From Opitutaceae bacterium (GTDB lineage Bacteria > Verrucomicrobiota > Verrucomicrobiia > Opitutales > Opitutaceae): DNA of 64,000 nucleotides. This document shows, piece after piece, positions 45,538-55,227 of the stretch. Each line of letters opens with the position of its first letter. Within the stretch, counting starts at the first letter, position 1. The DNA lies in contig DASPMS010000011.1 of NCBI GenBank assembly GCA_035626915.1, positions 16,179 through 80,178 of the forward strand. The letters run 5' to 3'. The translations under genes were made by a program, and so were the position numbers. Below the pieces are notes generated by a model, which saw only the letters and a program-made list of their open reading frames with translations, was not told the DNA's origin and ran no database searches.

Positions 45538-46605
45538 ATGCCTTCCCCTGGCCCCTCCGCCTCCAAGAAACGCCCCATCCGGCCGGCCACGAAGGCGATT
45601 CTCTCCATCTCCGATTTCGCGAAATACCTCGGCCTGTCCAACTGGACGGTCTCCCGCGCGATCAACGGCCACCCGGAGGTGAAGGAGAAGACGCGCCGCC
45701 GCATCATGGCGGCGATGGACGAGGTGGGCTTCCGCCCGAACCCGCTGGCGCGCGGCCTCGGCGGGCGGCGGACGAGCATGGTGGGCGTCTGCTTCATGGG
45801 GCTGGGGAATCCGATCCTCGACCAGAAGGTTTTCCACCTGCAGGAATTTCTCCGGCGCAACCAGCTCCGGAGCCTGCTCGAGATGCGCCCGCGCGACGTG
45901 CAGCACGAGATCCATGCGATCGAGGACTTCCAGCGCATCCGCGTCGAGGGCGTCGTCCTGCTCTATTCCGAGCTCGATGCGGCGACGGCCGCGCAGATGT
46001 TCGCCGGCCTGGCCTGCGTGCAGGTCGATCCGCATTACTCGCAGACGATCCCTTCCGTCGCCCTCGACCGCCGCCGGGCGATGCGCCTGGTGCTCGAGCA
46101 CCTGCTCCGGCTGGGCCACGAGAACTTCGCCTTGCTCGGCTTCCGGAAGGACGACCCCTGGCGCTGGCCGGCGCTCGTCGAGACCGCCAAGTCGCACGGC
46201 ATCGATCCGACGAAGGCGCTGCGCTTCGTGGAGAACATCCCGCAGGTGAACAGCCCGATCGAAAGCGGCGGGCTGATGGCCGAGGAGGTCCTGCGCTGGC
46301 CGAAGCGGCCGACCGCGATCATCGCGATCGACGACCGCACCGCGCTCGGCGCGATCCAGGCGCTCCGCACCGCGGGCGTCGACGTGCCGCGCCAGATGTC
46401 CGTCACCGGCTTCGATAACCTCGACTTCGCGCGCCACCTCCACCCGACGCTCACGACCATCGACCAGAACCCGCTGCGGCTCATGGAGCGCGCCGGCGCG
46501 ATCCTCCTCGAGCAGATCAAGCTGCCGCCGGAAAAGCGCGGCCACGCGGAGCCCGAATTCGTCGCGCCCGAGCTCGTGGTCGGCGAGTCCACCGGCCCGG
46601 CCTGA
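45538..46605 (+). CDS. LacI-family transcriptional regulator
   Basis: In-frame ATG at 45538. The HTH is ISDFAKYLGLSNWTVSRAINGHPEVKEKTRRRIMAAMDEVGFRPNPLARGL, followed by a periplasmic-binding-protein-like core (AIIAIDDRTALGAIQAL...GVDVPRQMSVTGFDN). Confidence 0.9.
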   Translation: MPSPGPSASKKRPIRPATKAILSISDFAKYLGLSNWTVSRAINGHPEVKEKTRRRIMAAMDEVGFRPNPLARGLGGRRTSMVGVCFMGLGNPILDQKVFHLQEFLRRNQLRSLLEMRPRDVQHEIHAIEDFQRIRVEGVVLLYSELDAATAAQMFAGLACVQVDPHYSQTIPSVALDRRRAMRLVLEHLLRLGHENFALLGFRKDDPWRWPALVETAKSHGIDPTKALRFVENIPQVNSPIESGGLMAEEVLRWPKRPTAIIAIDDRTALGAIQALRTAGVDVPRQMSVTGFDNLDFARHLHPTLTTIDQNPLRLMERAGAILLEQIKLPPEKRGHAEPEFVAPELVVGESTGPA

Positions 46606-46730
46606 CGCCGGCGCCGGCGGGACCGGTCTTTTCGCGGCGCCGTCGCCCGGGCGGCCGCAGTTCGGCAAGCGGGCGCCCGGCCGCGCGGAGAATTCGCGGC
46701 TTGCCTGCGTCCCGGATTCCATCGAAGAGA

Positions 46731-46748
46731 AACAAATGCGCATTGGGA
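46731..46748. promoter_or_regulatory. Operator-like palindrome, site 4 (AACAAATGCGCATTGGGA)
   Basis: Overlaps the annotated ATG of the pectate-lyase-like gene. The ATG sits inside the motif. Confidence 0.5.
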
Positions 46749-48823
46749 CACGGTTGGCCGGGCGCTTTCTCTCCTGGGACGCAGCGCGCGCGCTGCTGGC
46801 CCTCGGGCTCGCCGGCGCCGGGGGTCTCGCGGTCGCGCTGCCGGTGGTGCCGGGCGCGGTCGGCTTCGGCACGGACACGCCGGCGGGACGGGGCGGCGCG
46901 GTCCATCGCGTCACGACCCTCGCCGATTCCGGCCCGGGCTCGCTGCGCGAGGGGGTCGAGCAGCTCACGGGGCCGCGGACCGTCATCTTCGACGTCGGCG
47001 GGGTGATCCGGCTCCGCTCCGACCTCAGGATCCCCGCCGGCGGCGGATTCCTCACGATCGCGGGCCAGACCGCGCCGCCGCCCGGCATCACGCTCGCCCA
47101 TGGGGGCATCTCGATCCAGGGGAGCGACATCCTGATCCAGAACCTGGCGGTGCGGCCGGGCGACCGGCTGCCACCGGTGGAAAACCGGGACGCCCTCAAG
47201 CTGGAACCGGCCGAACGGCCGGTGCACCACATCGTGATCGATCGCGTGTCCGCGAGCTGGGCGGTGGACGAGACGTTCTCGACCTGGGGCAGTCGCGCCG
47301 ATGTGCATGACGTCACCCTCTCGCGGAGCATCCTCAGCGAGCCGATCATCAACGGCGGCCATCCGAAGGGTTCGCACCCCTACGCCGCGTTGGGCGGGAG
47401 GCGGACGACCCGCCTGACCCTGCGGGAGAACATCTTCGCCTTCGCGCTCGGCCGGAATCCGCTCATCCGCGACGAGACCGGCGGCGCGCAGGTCGTGAAC
47501 AATTTCATCTACCGGCCGGGCGTCTGGTCGAACGGCGTGATCTACCTCGGCGACCTGACCTTGCCGCCGCACGCGGTGTCGGTCGTCGGCAACGTCGTCA
47601 TCCGCCACCCGCTTCCGCTGGTGCTCGAGCAGACGAACGAGCAGGGCGTGCGGGCGCCGGTTTCCTACGCGCTGAGCGATTACCGCAACACCGGCATCTT
47701 CGTCCACAAGGCCACCTCGCCGGCGGCGGGGCTGTTCCTCGCCGACAACCGCTTCTTCGACCCGCACACCGGCCTGTGGCATCCGCGCGACGGCGATCCG
47801 TGGAACCCGGTCGTCTTCCACGACAACGCGGCCCACCCGGTGAAGCGGCTCGCGGCCGACCCGTACGCGGGCTCCGGCGGAACGCCGTGGCGGCCGCTCC
47901 CCGCGGAGCACGTCGAGAGCTGGGTGCTGGGCGTGGCGGGCAAGACCCCCGCGACGCGCGATGCGCTCGACGCCGGCCTGGCCGACAAGATCCGCCGGCG
48001 CACGGGCTCGTTCCGGACCGACCTGGCGTTGCCCGGCGAGGACGACCCCTGGCAGTCGGTGGATGCCGCGGTGACGCGCCGCCTCGCGCTCCCCGCCGAT
48101 CCGGCGCGGGATGCCGACGGCGACGGCTACACCAACCTCGAGGAGTGGCTGCAGCAGCTCGACCGTGGCGTGGACGACGACGGCCGGGCCTGGCTCGCGA
48201 CCGAGCTGGCGCACGAGACGTTTGCGGACGATTCCTGGCGGAAGCGCTGGACGGTGGAGGGGCACGCCACGGCGGCCGCGTCCGACGGAACGCTGCGGGT
48301 CGTCACCACCCCGGCGCCGGACGGCGCCACCCCCGGCGCGACGCTCTGGTGGCACGAGGAGCTGCCCGCCGATGTGCTGATCGAGTTCCTGGCGGGGGCG
48401 GACCTTCCGGCGACGGACAATGCGGCGAATCTCAACCTCATCCTGCACGCGCGGGAGGCCGATGGTTCGCCCTACCGCCCGGGACGGAGCGGCCGGTACG
48501 ACGAGTACCACGGGCTGCCCAACTACATCTTCACGCTGACGGGCGGGTTCCAGGAAGGCTGGGCCCGTCTGCGCCGCAACCCGGGCTTTGGGCTGGTTTC
48601 CGAAAACCGCGGGATTCGATCGGAGCCGGGCAGGAACTACCATGTCCGCCTCGCCGTCACGGGCGGACGGCTCCGCTGCTGGCTCGACGGCCGGCTGATC
48701 CACGACGCGCGCGACGACCGTCCGCTCCCCGGCGGCCGCCTGGCGCTGCGGACCTGGCGCTCGCGCGTCTGGTGGTCGGCCGTGCGCATTTACGCCCTGC
48801 ACCCCGCGGCCGAGGCGCGCTGA
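46736..48823 (+). CDS. Pectate-lyase-like (PL1-type parallel beta-helix) protein with C-terminal concanavalin/LamG-like (DUF1961/YesU-like) domain
   Basis: 695 aa. The N-terminus AVGFGTDTPAGRGGAVHRVTTLADSGPGSLREGV....PRTVIFDVGGVIRL, then LTIAGQTAP and IDRVSASWAVDE, are PL1-like. A calcium-binding-like DADGDGYTNLEEW linker follows. The C-terminal roughly 200 aa (FADDSWRKRWTVEG...NYIFTL...YHVRLAVTGGRLRCWLDG) look like a jelly-roll domain. Confidence 0.7.
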   Translation: MRIGTRLAGRFLSWDAARALLALGLAGAGGLAVALPVVPGAVGFGTDTPAGRGGAVHRVTTLADSGPGSLREGVEQLTGPRTVIFDVGGVIRLRSDLRIPAGGGFLTIAGQTAPPPGITLAHGGISIQGSDILIQNLAVRPGDRLPPVENRDALKLEPAERPVHHIVIDRVSASWAVDETFSTWGSRADVHDVTLSRSILSEPIINGGHPKGSHPYAALGGRRTTRLTLRENIFAFALGRNPLIRDETGGAQVVNNFIYRPGVWSNGVIYLGDLTLPPHAVSVVGNVVIRHPLPLVLEQTNEQGVRAPVSYALSDYRNTGIFVHKATSPAAGLFLADNRFFDPHTGLWHPRDGDPWNPVVFHDNAAHPVKRLAADPYAGSGGTPWRPLPAEHVESWVLGVAGKTPATRDALDAGLADKIRRRTGSFRTDLALPGEDDPWQSVDAAVTRRLALPADPARDADGDGYTNLEEWLQQLDRGVDDDGRAWLATELAHETFADDSWRKRWTVEGHATAAASDGTLRVVTTPAPDGATPGATLWWHEELPADVLIEFLAGADLPATDNAANLNLILHAREADGSPYRPGRSGRYDEYHGLPNYIFTLTGGFQEGWARLRRNPGFGLVSENRGIRSEPGRNYHVRLAVTGGRLRCWLDGRLIHDARDDRPLPGGRLALRTWRSRVWWSAVRIYALHPAAEAR

Positions 48824-48832
48824 GCGCGCGGG

Positions 48833-50194
48833 TCAGAGCACGCGGTTCTCGCGCATCACACCCGCGTACCAGAGCGCGCTGAGCTTCGGCGTGCGCCGCT
48901 GCGTGGCGAAGTCCACGTGCACGAGCCCGAAGCGCTTGGTGTAGCCCTCGGCCCATTCGAAGTTGTCGAGGAACGACCAGGCAAAGTACCCGCGGCAGGG
49001 AATGCCCTCGGCCGTGGCCCGCTGCACCTGCTCGAGGTGGGCGCGCAGGTATTCGCGACGGTGGAGGTCGTTGACCTCGGCCCCGCCGCGGGCGGGTTCC
49101 TCGTAGCCGGCGCCGTTCTCGGTGAGGAAAAGCTTTCGGGGCCGGTAGACGGCATGGCAGTGGCGCAGCGCCCAATACACGGCCTGCGGGGCCAGGCGAA
49201 GCCAGGCAAGGCCGGCCGTCGGGTAGCCCGGAGGAAACGGCACGACCTCGTGCGTCGTGCGGTCCGCGGCCCGGACGAACTCGCCGCTGTAGATGTTGAG
49301 GCCGAGAAAGTCCGTGGGGGTGGAGATCAACGCGAGATCTCCCCGCCGGACGGCCGGCTGCGGCCGCCGGGCGGCGCGCATTTCGGCCGTCGCGTAGCGG
49401 CCGAAGTAAAGCGGGGCGAGGATGTGCGCGTTGCGTCGCCTCAGCTCGCGCTCGGCCGCGGCGATGTCGGCCGGCGTCTCCGTGACGGGAATCGGGACGC
49501 TGAGATCCTGGGCGAGCCCGACTTCGGCGCGCGCACCGCCGAACTCGCGCACCGCGCGCACGGCATGCCCGTGGGCCAGCAGCGCGTGGTGGTGGCACTG
49601 CGCGACCACCGCCGGCTTCTCCCGGGCGCCCGGCGCGTGGACCCCGAGGCGGTAGCCGTGCCCGATGAAGGTCGGGATCTCGTTCAGGGTCATCCAGTGC
49701 CGCACCCGGCCGCCGAGGCCCCGGACGGCGATCTCGGCGTAGCGCGCGAAAGCCTCGGCCGTCCCGCGCGACCGCCAGCCGCCGGCGTCCTCCAGCGCCT
49801 GGGGCAGGTCCCAGTGATAGAGCGTGACCCAGGGCGTGATGCCGTGGTGGTGCAGCGCGTCGAGCAGCCGGCGGTAGAAGTCGAGCCCCCGCGCGTTGAC
49901 GGGCCCCCGGCCGTCCGGCTGCAGGCGCGGCCAGGCCAGCGACAGGCGGTAGTGGCGCACGCCCAGCTCCCGCATGAGCGCGAAGTCGGCGCGATAGCGG
50001 TGGAAGTGGTCGCATGCGACGGCGGGCGTGTCCCCGTTCACCACGGCGCCGCGCCGGCGGGCGAAACGATCCCAGATCGACTCGCCGCGCCCGCCCGCCG
50101 TGGCGCCCCCCTCGATCTGCGGCGCGGCGGTCGCGACGCCCCAGACGAACCGCGGCGGAAAGGCGCGGGAGCGGAGCGAGGCGCGAAGGTCCAT
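48833..50194 (-). CDS. GH1-family beta-glucosidase
   Basis: In-frame ATG 50194..50192 (MDLRASLRSRAFPPRFVWGVATAAPQIEG). Motifs: DHFHRY..D..LM.ELG...YR.S..WPR, LYHWDLPQAL, acid/base TLNEI, nucleophile LTENGAGY, and FAWSFLDNFEWAEGY. Confidence 0.9.
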   Translation of the reverse strand: MDLRASLRSRAFPPRFVWGVATAAPQIEGGATAGGRGESIWDRFARRRGAVVNGDTPAVACDHFHRYRADFALMRELGVRHYRLSLAWPRLQPDGRGPVNARGLDFYRRLLDALHHHGITPWVTLYHWDLPQALEDAGGWRSRGTAEAFARYAEIAVRGLGGRVRHWMTLNEIPTFIGHGYRLGVHAPGAREKPAVVAQCHHHALLAHGHAVRAVREFGGARAEVGLAQDLSVPIPVTETPADIAAAERELRRRNAHILAPLYFGRYATAEMRAARRPQPAVRRGDLALISTPTDFLGLNIYSGEFVRAADRTTHEVVPFPPGYPTAGLAWLRLAPQAVYWALRHCHAVYRPRKLFLTENGAGYEEPARGGAEVNDLHRREYLRAHLEQVQRATAEGIPCRGYFAWSFLDNFEWAEGYTKRFGLVHVDFATQRRTPKLSALWYAGVMRENRVL

Positions 50195-50234
50195 GCCACG
50201 CAGGCAGTCAGCGGGGCGGGGAGGGTCAAGGAAT

Positions 50235-50252
50235 TTCACATGCGAATTAGAT
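50235..50252. promoter_or_regulatory. Operator-like motif, site 5 (TTCACATGCGAATTAGAT)
   Basis: Lies in the divergent gap between GH1 and the epimerase-like operon. It matches the reverse complement of site 1 at 15/18 positions. Confidence 0.45.
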
Positions 50253-50314
50253 TCATCCCGCCTGCAACGAATTTTATGTTTGAACAAACGTCACACGCGC
50301 ATGGGAGTAAGGGG

Positions 50315-51364
50315 ATGAACCCGCCGCCCGTCCTTCCGCCGCTGCCGGACCTCGGGTCGGACGTCGACGAGTTCCTCAGCCGGCCATCGGCGGCGCTGGT
50401 GGCGTCCGCCGGCCGTTGGTCGGGCCCGTTCCTCGTGCTCGGCGCGGGGGGCAAGATGGGGCTGCACCTCGCCGGCATGCTGCAGCGGGCGCTCCGCGCC
50501 GCCGGCCGCCCCGAGCGGGTGATCGCGGTGTCGCGGTTCGCGACGCTGCGCGACCGCGCGGCCTTCGACGCGCAGGGCGTCGAGACGCTCGCGTGCGACC
50601 TGTCGGTGCCGGCGGCGGTGGAGGCGCTCCCCGACGCGGCCGCCATGTTCTTCCTCGCCGGTGCCAAGTTCGGCACCTCGGGCGACCCGGCGCTCCTGCG
50701 CCGCATCAACGCCGAGATGCCGCGCCTCGTGGCGGAGCGCTACCGCCGGGCGCGCGTCGTCGCCTTCTCGACCGGTTGCGTCTACCCGTTCGTCTCGCCG
50801 GCCAGCGGCGGGGCGGCCGAGACCGCGCCCGTTGATCCGCGGCCGGGCGAGTACGCGGCCTCTTGCCTCGAGCGGGAGCGCGCGTTCGCCGACGCCGCCG
50901 CCCGCCACGGCACGGCCGTGGCGCTGATCCGCCTGAACTACGCGGTGGAGTTCCGCTACGGCGTGCTCGTCGACATCGCCTCCCGGGTCTGGCGCGGCGA
51001 GCCCATCGACGTGACGACGGGTTACGTGAACGTGATCTGGCAGCCCGACGCCATCGACCTGAGCCTGCGCGCGCTGGATCTCGCGGCCGCGCCCGCGGTG
51101 CCGGTCAACGTGAGCGGCCCGCAGATCCTGCGCGTGCGGGAGCTGGCGGAGGAGTTCGGGCGGCTCTTCGGGAAGCCGGTCACCGTGGTCGGAAAGGAAG
51201 CCGAGACCGCCTGGCTGAGCGACGCGTCCTGGGTGCGGCAGCGTCTCGGCGCTCCCCCGACGCCGGTGGCGACCATGCAGCGCTGGATTGCGGCGTGGCT
51301 CGGGCAGGGCGGGGGGACCTGGGGCAAGCCGACGGCCTTCGAGCGGCGCGACGGGCAGTTTTGA
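50315..51364 (+). CDS. NAD-dependent epimerase/dehydratase (extended SDR) family protein
   Basis: In-frame ATG at 50315, preceded by GGGAGTAAGGGG. Rossmann motif FLVLGAGGKMGLHL. 349 aa. Confidence 0.7.
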   Translation: MNPPPVLPPLPDLGSDVDEFLSRPSAALVASAGRWSGPFLVLGAGGKMGLHLAGMLQRALRAAGRPERVIAVSRFATLRDRAAFDAQGVETLACDLSVPAAVEALPDAAAMFFLAGAKFGTSGDPALLRRINAEMPRLVAERYRRARVVAFSTGCVYPFVSPASGGAAETAPVDPRPGEYAASCLERERAFADAAARHGTAVALIRLNYAVEFRYGVLVDIASRVWRGEPIDVTTGYVNVIWQPDAIDLSLRALDLAAAPAVPVNVSGPQILRVRELAEEFGRLFGKPVTVVGKEAETAWLSDASWVRQRLGAPPTPVATMQRWIAAWLGQGGGTWGKPTAFERRDGQF

Positions 51365-51379
51365 TCGGTCCGGTCCCCC

Positions 51380-52435
51380 ATGAAAGCCAACCTTCCGCCC
51401 GTCGACGTGCGCCGCCATCTCCTGGCCGGCCAGGTGATACCCGCGCTCCCGCTGGCGCTGTCGCGCCGGCGCCGGTGGGATGCGCGCCGGCAGCGCGCGC
51501 TCGTGCGATACTATATCGACGCCGGGGCCGGCGGCCTCGCCGTGGGCGTGCATTCGACGCAGTTCGCGATTCGCGACCCGAAGCACGGGCTCTTCGAACC
51601 CGTGCTCAGCCTCGGCGCCGAGGCGGCGGCGGAATGGCTGCGGTCCGCGCCGCGGCCGTTTCCTCTCATCGCCGGATTGTGCGGAACCACGCGCCAGGCG
51701 ATCCGCGAGGCCCAGCTCGCGCGCGGGCTCGGGTATCATGCCGGACTGCTCAGCCTCGGGGCCTGGCCGCGCGATCCGGAGGCCGACGTCCTCCGGCACT
51801 GCCGTCGCGTGGCGCGGGAGATTCCGCTCGTCGGCTTTTATCTCCAGCCGGCGGTCGGGGGCCGGACCTTCACCTACCGGTTCTGGCGCGCGTTCGCGGA
51901 GATCCCGCAGGTGGTCGCGGTGAAGGTCGCGCCATTCGATCGCTACCGCTCGCTCGACCTCATCCGCGCCGTGCTCGAGGCCGGGCGCGACGACGTCGCG
52001 CTCTACACCGGCAACGACGACAACATCATCGCCGACCTCGCGACGCCGTTCCGATTCGCCGGGCGCACGCGATTCTTCGACGGCGGGCTGCTGGGCCAGT
52101 GGGGCGTGTGGACGCACACGGCGGTGAGGCTCTTCCGCCGCCTCCAGCGCGAGCGCACCGGCGCGCGGCTCCCGGCGCGCTGGCTCACGGCCAACGCGGC
52201 GCTGACGGACGCCAACGCGGCGGTCTTCGACAGCGCCCACGGCTTCGCCGGCTGCCTGCCCGGGATTCACGAGGTGCTGCGCCGCAACGGACTCCTGGCG
52301 ACGACGGCGTGCCTCGACCCGCACGAGCGGCTTTCGCCGGGCCAGGCGGACGAGATCACGCGCGTGGCCCGGGATCATCCCTGGCTCACGGACGACGCGT
52401 TCGTCGCCCGGCACCTTTCCCGTTGGCTCTCCTGA
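51380..52435 (+). CDS. DapA/NAL-family (class I aldolase, TIM-barrel) protein
   Basis: 351 aa. Motifs: YIDAGAGGLAVGVHSTQF, LIAGL, PLVGFYLQP, and a candidate Schiff-base Lys context VVAVKVAPF. The assignment is family-level only. Confidence 0.55.
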   Translation: MKANLPPVDVRRHLLAGQVIPALPLALSRRRRWDARRQRALVRYYIDAGAGGLAVGVHSTQFAIRDPKHGLFEPVLSLGAEAAAEWLRSAPRPFPLIAGLCGTTRQAIREAQLARGLGYHAGLLSLGAWPRDPEADVLRHCRRVAREIPLVGFYLQPAVGGRTFTYRFWRAFAEIPQVVAVKVAPFDRYRSLDLIRAVLEAGRDDVALYTGNDDNIIADLATPFRFAGRTRFFDGGLLGQWGVWTHTAVRLFRRLQRERTGARLPARWLTANAALTDANAAVFDSAHGFAGCLPGIHEVLRRNGLLATTACLDPHERLSPGQADEITRVARDHPWLTDDAFVARHLSRWLS

Positions 52436-52471
52436 GCAAAGGGACTTTCCGTATCCTCTCCCCCTACCCCC

Positions 52472-53698
52472 ATGCCGAGATCCCTCCGCCTTCTCCTGGC
52501 CGCCCTCCTGGCCGTCCTGCTCGCCGCATCCGTCTTCGCCGACGCCGTGTCCGGCCGGCGGGTGCCCGGCAATCCGAAGTTTCCCGCGATCGCCGCGGAA
52601 TACCTGCTGGAGCGGGAGGACATCCCCGGGTTCTGGATCAGCGACGTCGAGGGCGTGCACCGTTTCCTGCGCGAGAAGGTGAAGAAGGGGAAGGTCGAGA
52701 CCATCGGGCACACGGCGGGCGGGCGTCCGATCCTCGCCGTGGCCTACGGCACGCCGCGCCAGGGCCGGGGCACGTCGACGTTCTCGGGCTCGCTCGGTTT
52801 CTTCGACGTCCGCGCCTATCTCGGGCCGGACGCCGGCAAGAAGGTCTTCATCGCCCTCGGCGCGGTGCACGGCGGCGAGTTCGAGGGGATTGTCGGCATC
52901 GTCAACCTGATCGCGGTGCTCGAAACGGGCCGGGACCTGCGCGGCCGGGAGTGGCCCGAGCTGACCGCCGCCGCCGGCCGGCTCGACCGCATCGTGCTCG
53001 TGCCGATCGTCAACGTCGACGGCCGCGCCCGGATTCCCGTGCGGATGGAGCCGTTCGCCGGCACGGACAAGCGCTTCCACGAGTATTACAACACCGGCTG
53101 CTGGGCCGACGGAAAGCACATCGGCTGGCCCATGGTGAAGGAGTTCATCCCGCTCGACTTCGCGCGCACGCAATTCCCCGGCGGGTACCCGAACGACGCC
53201 GGGGTCAACATCCAGCATGACGACTTCCTGGGGGCGCGGCAGCCGGAGACCCAGGCCCTGCTGGATCTCGTCGCGCGCGAGAAGCCGGACCTGATGTTCA
53301 ACATGCACACGGGCGCGCCGCCGCAGAACTATTACGTCCGCGTGCACCGCCCGCCGGTCGAGCAGAAGCTCGCGCCGGTCTTCGACGGGCTGTACCGCAC
53401 GGTGCACACGGCGCTCGCCCACGCCGGGCTGCAGGAGACGCGCGATCCCGAGATCGAGGCCACGCCGCCGACGCGCCCGAACGGGCCGATGAACCTCGAG
53501 ACCGCGATGAACCTGCACTGCGGCGTGCTGCCCGTGCTGATCGAGGCGCCGTCGCACAGCTTCGCCGGGCACAACCGCAAGGGCGAGGTCGTGCCGCACA
53601 CGCCGGACATGCTGGTCGACGCGCAGCTGGTCTGCCACCAGGCCGGCATGGGCTTCCTGGCCGAGCACGGGGGGCGCGCGAAGTGGGCGCCGAGGTGA
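52472..53698 (+). CDS. M14-like zinc carboxypeptidase-fold protein (secreted)
   Basis: 408 aa with a signal peptide (LRLLLAALLAVLLAASVFA). It has an HxxE-type motif in GAVHGGEFEG, NVDGR, and a later MHTG His. The call is tentative. Confidence 0.5.
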   Translation: MPRSLRLLLAALLAVLLAASVFADAVSGRRVPGNPKFPAIAAEYLLEREDIPGFWISDVEGVHRFLREKVKKGKVETIGHTAGGRPILAVAYGTPRQGRGTSTFSGSLGFFDVRAYLGPDAGKKVFIALGAVHGGEFEGIVGIVNLIAVLETGRDLRGREWPELTAAAGRLDRIVLVPIVNVDGRARIPVRMEPFAGTDKRFHEYYNTGCWADGKHIGWPMVKEFIPLDFARTQFPGGYPNDAGVNIQHDDFLGARQPETQALLDLVAREKPDLMFNMHTGAPPQNYYVRVHRPPVEQKLAPVFDGLYRTVHTALAHAGLQETRDPEIEATPPTRPNGPMNLETAMNLHCGVLPVLIEAPSHSFAGHNRKGEVVPHTPDMLVDAQLVCHQAGMGFLAEHGGRAKWAPR

Positions 53699-55038
53699 TC
53701 CTGCGCCGCGCCGCCTCGGTCGGCGCGGCCTGCCTGCTCGTCCTCCGCGCGCCGGGCGACGAACCGGTTTCGCCCGCCGAGCTCGAGGCCGCGCGGGCGG
53801 CGCCCGTCGAGGTCCGCGTGACGCCGGACCGCGCCGACCGCCTGTACGCGCCGGGCGCGCCGGCGAGCTTCCGGCTCGCCGTGCTCAGCGACGGCCGGCC
53901 GCTGGCGGGCGCGACGATCCGCTACGCGGTCGGGCCGGAAAATCGGCCGGCGGAGGAGAAAGCTGTGCTGGCCGACGCCGGCGGCGTGGTCGTCGCCGGC
54001 GGCACGCTGGCGGAGCCGGGGTTCATCCGCTGCGTCGCGAAGGTGGAGGTGAACGGGCGCAGCTACCGCGGCGTCGCGACGGTGGGCTTCGCGCCGGAAC
54101 GCATCGTCCCGACGCAGGGGGAACCGGCCGACTTCGACGCCTTTTGGGACCAGGGCCGCGCCGATCTCGCCCGCGTGCCGCCCGACCCGCGGCTCGAGCT
54201 GCTCCCCGAGGCAAGCACGGGCGCGATCAACGTTTACCACGTGAGCTTTGGCAACTGGAGCCGCACATCGGGCACGCGCGGCCGGATCTACGGCATCCTG
54301 TGCGAACCCAAGGCCCCGGGCCGGTACCCGGCGGTCCTGCGCCTCCCGCCCGCGGGCGTGCGGCCCTATCGCGGCGAGCGCGAACTCGCGGCGCGGGGGG
54401 CGATCACGCTCGAGATCGGAATCCACGGCATTCCGGTGAACGGCCCGAAGGAGATCTACGACCAGCTCCGCGCGGGTTCGCTCGAGGGATACGCCCAGTT
54501 CAACCTCGACGACCCGTCGCGCTACTTTTACCGCCGGGTCAACCTCGGCTGCCTGCGGGCGGTGGATTTTCTCGCGAGCCGGGCGAACTGGGACGGGAGG
54601 AACCTGCTCGTCTTCGGCGCCAGCCAGGGCGGCATGCTCGCCGTCGCCACCGCGGCGCTCGATTCGCGGGTGACCGGGGTCGCGGCGATGATTCCCGCGT
54701 ACTGCGACACGACGGGTTATCTCCACGGCCGGGCGGGCGGATGGCCCCATCTGTTCCGCCCCACGGAGCGGGGGGCCGCTCCGCCGGAGAAGATCCGGAC
54801 CACCGGCTATTACGACACCGTCAATTTCGCGAGACGGCTGCGCGGGCCGGTCCTCTTCGCCGTCGGCTACAACGACGAGAACTGCCCGCCGACGTCGGTC
54901 TACGCCGCCTACAATGTCGTCCCGTCCCCCAAGGAACTCTTCGTCGACCTCGATGCCGGACACACCATCACGCCCGGCATGGACGCGCGGGTCCGGGCCT
55001 GGCTGGCGCAGCAGGCGGGGCTTGCGTCGGAGCGGTGA
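53683..55038 (+). CDS. Acetylxylan esterase / cephalosporin-C deacetylase-like (CE7/AXE1) esterase with N-terminal Ig-like domain
   Basis: 451 aa. Motifs: DFDAFWD, the GxSxG nucleophile in LLVFGASQGG, YYDTVNFA, VGYNDENCPP, and a catalytic His context LDAGHT. It overlaps the upstream gene by 16 nt. Confidence 0.75.
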   Translation: MGAEVILRRAASVGAACLLVLRAPGDEPVSPAELEAARAAPVEVRVTPDRADRLYAPGAPASFRLAVLSDGRPLAGATIRYAVGPENRPAEEKAVLADAGGVVVAGGTLAEPGFIRCVAKVEVNGRSYRGVATVGFAPERIVPTQGEPADFDAFWDQGRADLARVPPDPRLELLPEASTGAINVYHVSFGNWSRTSGTRGRIYGILCEPKAPGRYPAVLRLPPAGVRPYRGERELAARGAITLEIGIHGIPVNGPKEIYDQLRAGSLEGYAQFNLDDPSRYFYRRVNLGCLRAVDFLASRANWDGRNLLVFGASQGGMLAVATAALDSRVTGVAAMIPAYCDTTGYLHGRAGGWPHLFRPTERGAAPPEKIRTTGYYDTVNFARRLRGPVLFAVGYNDENCPPTSVYAAYNVVPSPKELFVDLDAGHTITPGMDARVRAWLAQQAGLASER

Positions 55039-55153
55039 CCGCCGACCGGCCCGCTTCGGGGGGGCGGTGGCAGCGGCGCGCCCAGCGTATGGTTCGCGCT
55101 GGCGCTCGTCGTGGTGACGGTCATTCGGCGCGCGCGCTGCGGCTAGGGGTCAC

Positions 55154-55189
55154 GCCAAAAGTCTGTCGCATATGCGACAAATTTTTGGC
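55154..55189. terminator. Palindromic terminator-like repeat element, copy 3
   Basis: GCCAAAAGTCTGTCGCATATGCGACAAATTTTTGGC. It shares the GTCTGTCGCATATGCGACA core with the copies at 16.7 kb and again lies between convergent gene ends (55038 and 55228). Confidence 0.65.
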
Positions 55190-55227
55190 CCGCGGCGCCG
55201 GCGCCAGACCGCGCGCCGCGGCGACGC

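Noticed and set aside
50291-53668. 1125-aa minus-strand ORF
   Set aside because: It is antisense to four plus-strand genes with good motifs (SDR, DapA-like, M14-like, CE7 start). Its composition is typical of shadow frames.
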